A stretch of 63,790 nt of DNA, counting the filler, from Collodictyon triciliatum (Eukaryota): the NCBI GenBank assembly GCA_043381765.1. It is 7 parts of 7 records of this genome, joined end to end, with 100 filler letters (N's around TTAATTAATTAA, not from the genome) between each part and the next. Parts side by side here need not be neighbours in the genome. Positions count along the whole stretch, not along the records: positions 57,486 to 63,790 come from JBHJMP010003017.1; 6 more parts are not named here. One strand, 5' to 3'. The notes under the pieces are model-generated. The model saw only the letters and a program-made list of their open reading frames with translations, was not told the origin of the DNA and searched no databases. The position numbers and the translations under genes were made by a program. Shown piece by piece: positions 57,650 through 63,790 of this stretch; position 1 is the first letter of the stretch; every line of letters begins with the position of its first letter.

Positions 57650-60081
57650 AAGGCTGAGAGGCGAGAACCTTTGACGTAATCTCTTGTCCATTCTCCAGCA
57701 AAACACCACAGGCCTCGTTATTCTCTACAATTATTTGCTTCACAGGAGAATTTGTTCGAAGTTCCACTCCGTATCCCTTCGCTGCGGAAGCTATTGCACG
57801 ACTGATTGCCCCCATCCCGCCCTTTAAATCATCACCATCATCATAAAAGAAATTAACTTCAAAGCATATTCAAAAGGGCAAAAATAACCAAAATTAATCT
57901 AATTGACGCGAATTGGGAAAATCATATAATAACTGTGGTCATATTAAAAGCGTATGAACACTCAAATATTTACTTTAACGTAGGCCCACACTCCTCGTCT
58001 GCCTTCGATGTTCCCCATCACGTGGTGGAACAGGACGTAAGCTGATCCAGTGTTGTATGGGCTATTATTATATGGAAAACAATCATGGATATTATATCCT
58101 AATCACCAAAGGTTGCTGAGACAGGTGAGCACACAAACCTTGTCATAGCACCGATTACAGAGTCAGTGGCAAGTGTCGCCTTGAGAATATCGGATTCAAA
58201 CCATCGGTCCAGTATCTATAAGATGTGAACGAGGGTATAGATGAGAGATGAGAGATGAGAGATGAGAGATGAGAGATGAGAGATGAGAGATGAGAGATGA
58301 GAGATGAGAGATGAGAAATGAGAAATGATGTAAGGAAAGATAGAAGAGAAAACACGGAAAAGTAGAGGCACATAACCTATGGACACCAAAAATAGATAAA
58401 GATTCGTTCTTGATGTATAATTTTTTCCTTTATTCGATTCAAAGTGCAGCGAGTTCTGATGTATAATTAAAATAAGAAAGGCGGAACAAAGCCTTGGGAT
58501 TTTCCAAACCTGTGCAGCTGGGGCAGTCATCATTTCATAGAATGATACCACGTTTCGACCAAGTTTTGCAGTTTCTGTTAGGAATTTAATCTTGTGCGAA
58601 ACATCTTTTAGAGACACAAAGTTTATATCCGGCTGCGGTAATTCAGAATCTATCAGCTTGTCAGCATACTGAACAAGTCTATCAAGATGACTCTCGTATT
58701 GGAAGTATGCTGTATATAATGCAATAATTGCACGTGAATATTGAGAAAGAAAAATAAAAATAAAGTAATATGGTGACAAAAGGTAAAATAAAGACAAACG
58801 ACTTTAACAGGTCGTAAACTTATGTTACATATTGGCTATAAAAAAGAATTCACCCTCGGCGTCTTTTCTTGAGAACTTTGATATTTCATCAAATGTCATT
58901 TGGTTATCCGACCCAAGCATCATATATGCACCCTTCTGTCAATGATGAGGGGATGGGATAAACTCAGAAACAATAGGAAAGCTTACCATATTTCATTTGC
59001 AAAGTAAAAGCATGACGGTTACTACTTTGTTTAAATAATATCGTATGTCTAAATATTGAAATAATAAAAATAATAAGAATAATAAAAAATAAATCATATA
59101 TAAATAATAAAGCGCAAACGTTGGATGTCTTCGATTCAAATGGGTATGAAGGATGACACGGGGTAAAAGATGACGGGTCTCGCACGAGAAACTCCAAGCC
59201 GTGCGACTTTAAGTTCAAGTCATTCATAATTACTGGCCGAAGCAAACCTAATTTCCAAGTGTGCTTACTAAATAGATGTGCCGTTGTCGGACCATTTGGG
59301 CAACTTTATTGAATATGAAAGGCCCCGATAATATTTGCGATGGTAAAGTAAAAAGGCCATATCATAGCAGGTTATAGAAATAAACGGTGTAAACCTGCCA
59401 AATAAGATGCACGTGAAAACTTGAACCCCGGGACAATTTCTTCGGTGATAGCTGCACCTCCAACCACCTGTTATTACTACAAGTGAATAGAAAATTCATC
59501 ATAACACTAGATTGACCTCGCAGTTTCGCTCTATATCAGGTATTATAATGATTATTATTTTTTATTATTATTATTATTATAATAATAATAATATGATTTT
59601 AACATGATTTATTATTATTAATAATAATTCGGTTCACATACTTCTCTGCGCTCGAGAACAAGAATTTTAAGACCCTTCTTGGCCAAGTACGAAGCTGCAA
59701 CGAGTCCATTGTGTCCTGGAAAAAGTGAAGTGCGATATTGAGCGTTGCTGTGCATTTTTCGGTTACTGATAAAGATTGCCTTGCAAGAAGAATGAAAAGT
59801 AAATGAAATGAACAAAAAAAAATAAACAATAGAATCGTATGTATAAGTTCATAGATGTATAGTGATGATCATGATTATAAAAGAAAATAAAAAGAGCAAA
59901 ACATAAAAAAATTGAAAAAAGGATTGGGAAGATACATCGAAAAAGAAAAGCATTTTGAACCTCCGCCCACAACGATCGCGTCATATTGCGGCTGCGTTGA
60001 AGCTCTTTTTGCATCACGGGCCAAAAAGCGACACAACCCGAGAGAGCCAACGCAAGAATGCGGGCTTTTGATCGAAAACAT
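57650..60081 (-). CDS. PYROXD2: PYROXD2-like FAD-dependent oxidoreductase (phytoene dehydrogenase family), 3' end lost in gap
   Basis: '[21 protein letters not shown]', '[20 protein letters not shown]', 'RDPSSFTP', '[10 protein letters not shown]', '[11 protein letters not shown]', '[11 protein letters not shown]'. Confidence 0.88.
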
Positions 60082-60097
60082 CTATTCCTCTGATTAA

Positions 60098-60217
<120 letters not shown>

Positions 60218-60223
60218 AATAAA

Positions 60224-60289
<66 letters not shown>

Positions 60290-61325
60290 GCTTAGAACGG
60301 AGCTTTTATTTAACCTTGGAGCTACTGTCTGTGTGTTCGCAAGGAGAGGTGAAGCGAAAAGTTTTACACTTTGGGTGATGTAAATTCCCAGGTCAAAAAG
60401 TCTAAAAATTAAATGAAAAATACAAATCTGTAAAATATACCTATACTTATTCATCACACTAAGAAAGTCATAATTATAATATACAAAATAAATTACGATT
60501 AATAATGACATAATATATTTAACTGAGAAATGACTCTATCGAACACACATTTGTGGGGTGCTCTCTTGCTCAAAAAGTGACAGAATCCGCCCTTAAGATG
60601 CTCTCTGAGCTTGACTATGCTCCCAAACGACTCAGCGCGTCTGACATCCTGTTTGGCCCACAATAAAGAATGACCCACGACTCTAGAATACTCTGGGCAG
60701 TCACAACGGGACATATGCTGTGGTTCTTCTGGAGTGTGCGCGCATTCTCTCGCTCCAATGATTCACCCGAACGAGAAATCGAAGTATCCAGGCTTGAAAG
60801 TCTCGTGCAATACAGCTTCCTGAACAGCCTGCTGAAACACGGCCGCATTCTTTGCTACTCTGACCGCAAGCAAAGAGAGATGTGGGAATGTGTCGTAAGA
60901 TATCTCCCACAGCATATCCAACCCCCGCTACCCACGCATCCAATCAACCAGTTGGGTCGCCCACCTGACCAACTCGCTATCACTGATTTCTTTTACAGTA
61001 CTACCCTCTCCTCGGTAGTGTCTTCTCCTACTCGCGTTTGCTCTCTCCCATGCGCTCTCATCCCGCCCCTTTGTATGGCACAACCTGGCTACACTTTGAA
61101 TTGAATAAAGGAAAAAAAACATAAATTCCAAAGTTGGGTATGATGACTTGTAACGGCGAGGGATAGAGCCAACGATCTGACACTTCAGGCAACCAGACAG
61201 ATGCGAAAGAAACACAAAGCCGACCAGGCACAACACACGTTGGCGCTGCACACGAGCAGAACCATCCTCACCCGACAACTTGACCCGGACAGCAAAGAAC
61301 CCCAAGTCGTTTGACCAACCGCGAT

Positions 61326-62142
61326 ATGGGCAACCAACTCGTGACCGAGATGAAAGGGCTTATCGAAGGCCTCGAGGCCTTAAATCCTTCTTGGGAGCCA
61401 GAAGGTGAAGTGCTGGGCTTCTGCACTTATCTTGGGCTGCACAATAAGCAACTTGAGCAGGTTCCCCCGGGCGTCTTTCTCCTGGCCAAGATTCAACAGC
61501 TGCACTTGTACAACAACAATCTGAGTGCCTTGCCCCGCGAGCTTTCGAACCTGACAGATGTCACGGAGCTCCTCGTCCACAAGAACAAGCTCTCGTCCCT
61601 GCCTGAAGGCGTGTCGGCCCTGACGAGTCTCAAGAGCCTTTCCATCCACGACAACGAGTTTGAGACGCTGCCCAGCGAGATATCGACTCTTACTGGCTTA
61701 ACCAACCTGCAGATCTATCACAACAAGGTGAGCAGCCGCCCAGAGTGTCAAAATAAGTGTTCTTTTCGAAGCTTCTACCCATACTCCTCCACAAGAAAGA
61801 CCTGCAGTGAAGAAAAGCCCCAGCCCACCTGCAATAGCAGAAAGGCGCCATGCAGACTTTATATATGTTTTGTCTTGTTTTGTTTATTTTTTTTTCCACT
61901 TTTCATTCCAATGGTCTTCTGGCACGGTAGAGTGTCGACTGAGATGCCTAAACCCTCCCCTGCAGATTGAGGAGCTGCCTTCATGGATTACTGGACTGAC
62001 GAACCTGGAGACTCTTACTGTCCGGTTTGAACAGCCCAACACGCTGAAGCGCGCCCCTCGCGGCCTCTCGAACCTGCCTTGCTGGAATGAAGCCAATGGG
62101 GATTTCAAGGAGCTGCGCGCTTTGGAGTTTTACGAAGCCTAA
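61326..62142 (+). CDS. Small leucine-rich-repeat protein, possible N-myristoylation (MGNQ), 2 exons
   Basis: Repeated LxxLxLxxNxLxxLP units; intron ~61728-61965 (GT-AG). Confidence 0.88.
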
Positions 62143-63064
62143 CCTGCTCACAAGCTGCTTTGCCTTCTTTCTGCTCCGAGGTTTCTCTAAACATAGCCAT
62201 TCTGGTTGCTGCTTGGGACCGGGACATAATGGCGGCCTTCACGGGACATCGTTGTGTTTGGGTCTTGCTGTTGTGTGCTTTTGTCTTGGTGCCATTGCCA
62301 CGGTGTGATTTCCTGTGTGCTGGGGGGTAGCGAGTCGCATGGGGGCATTGGACTTATTTGTATAGTTCACAATGCGTCTTTGTCCAATTCAAAGCACTCA
62401 AAACGAGTAAACGTGATTAGCAGCGCTTGTGGGTGGCCATGGCAAGGATCAGGAAATGGAAGAAAGGATGAAAGAAAAAAAAAGAAGAAAGTATGGGTGT
62501 CCACCTACTTCTCTGCTGTTTGTGTTACTCTTTATTGCCTCAAGGAAAAACTCATAAATGATACACTGCCGATTTATTGCTGCTCGTTGCTTGCGGCTTG
62601 ATCGGCCAAGAAGAGGAGGAGCTGGCCGAGTTACTTGATTGGATCATGCGCTCACCGAAAGCTTTTTCTTCCTCTTCCTTTGTCTTTGCTCTTTTTCTTT
62701 TTCTTTTTCTTTTTCTTTTTTTTCCTTTTCTTTTTTTTTTTTTCCTTTCTATTTGCTTAATCAGCAACTTGTCTGGCGATATGATTGAAAGTAGCCATGG
62801 ACACACGGGCGATTGTGAGATAACAAAGAATAGAATCATCCCAGCCACTGTGAAAGAAGGAAAAAAAATAAATAAATAAACAAAGGACAATACCACATCG
62901 ACCAAGTTCCTCAACTCATGCGATTTGTTTTTGTTTTTTTGATTTCTTGTTTCTTGGCCCTCTGCTCTCTCCATTCATGGTTGGACAGACACTCATACTC
63001 ACCTTCTTGCTCTCCACAGAACTCTAGGAACAAAAAGACGACATAAGACAGGGGGGTTTGGAAA

Positions 63065-63790
63065 ATGAAGAAGCAGCTTGGGCCTGGAAAAGCCTCTCAC
63101 CAACTTTATGTTTTGGTGGCGGCCGTTCTGTTATTCTTTGTGTGTTCAGCTGCTGGAGATGAAAAAACACACCGCGTAAGTATTATCCAAGGATCAAGCC
63201 CTCGATCTCAACCCCTTTAGCGCACAGTTCCTCCTCTTTGATTGCCCAGGCAGTTCCTTTTCTGTTACCCAGTCTTTCTCTTTATATATTACTTTTATTA
63301 CTTTTTGTGACAGTGTATGATCACTATCATTTCATGTATTTGTAATGAGCTCTTTAGAACATGATTGAAATCGGCTTCCCATCTCACAGTACGAAAACGG
63401 CGAGGTTGTCAAGCTCTGGTTTAATAAAGTGGGTCCGTTCTTCAATCCCCAAGAAACATATCTTTTCTACAGTCTGCCATATTGCAAGGCAACAACATCC
63501 AATGAGCAGCGCAAAGAAGGCCTGGGCGAAGCGCTTGAAGGAAACGAACTGATTAATAGTGGATATCGGATTGGATTCAAAGGTTTGTGAACTGGCAAAT
63601 GATTTGTCGTCGTCGCAGTGGACAATTGAAAAATTCTTTCCTCCTGCTTTGCTGGCTTCTATTACATATACCCTGCTTCGATTATGATGCAGATTAGATT
63701 CAAAGATGTTTATTCATACGTTTTTTTTTTTTTTTTTTAATATTTTAATGTTCCAGAGACGCAGAACAAGACAATAATTTGCACTCAAAC
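63065..63790 (+). CDS. TM9SF/nonaspanin (EMP70) family protein, 5' partial
   Basis: Signal peptide then '[38 protein letters not shown]' and 'GLGEALEGNEL'. Confidence 0.92.

Noticed and set aside
60670-61104. 144-aa ORF between PYROXD2 and the LRR gene
   Set aside because: No motif or convincing exon structure; cannot be supported as a gene.

Overview
Intron-rich, AT-rich eukaryotic (protist-like, plausibly amoebozoan; not determinable here) genomic DNA. It is made of 7 contigs joined by artificial N-TTAATTAATTAA-N linkers, so adjacency across gaps is not biological. Host genes: MFS transporter, anamorsin/Dre2, PMCA Ca2+-ATPase, PHO80-like cyclin, nitrilase-family amidohydrolase, DENN protein, secreted EEP phosphodiesterase, GH3 beta-glucosidase, Plus3 protein, tRNA-Ala(CGC), a putative transcription factor, dihydroxy-acid dehydratase, PYROXD2, a small LRR protein and TM9SF. 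Two standouts. (1) An intronless, decayed Fanzor1 (eukaryotic TnpB-like RNA-guided nuclease) at ~2337-4235 (-). All three RuvC catalytic codons and the Zn-finger are recoverable, and the gene is followed directly by a strongly structured putative omegaRNA with pseudoknot potential. (2) A large NLR-like STAND gene (DUF4062-NTPase-TPR-pentapeptide-WD40-SEL1) with three different repeat types; its 2.7 kb last exon is intronless. All calls come from manual translation and motif recognition; no database searches were run.
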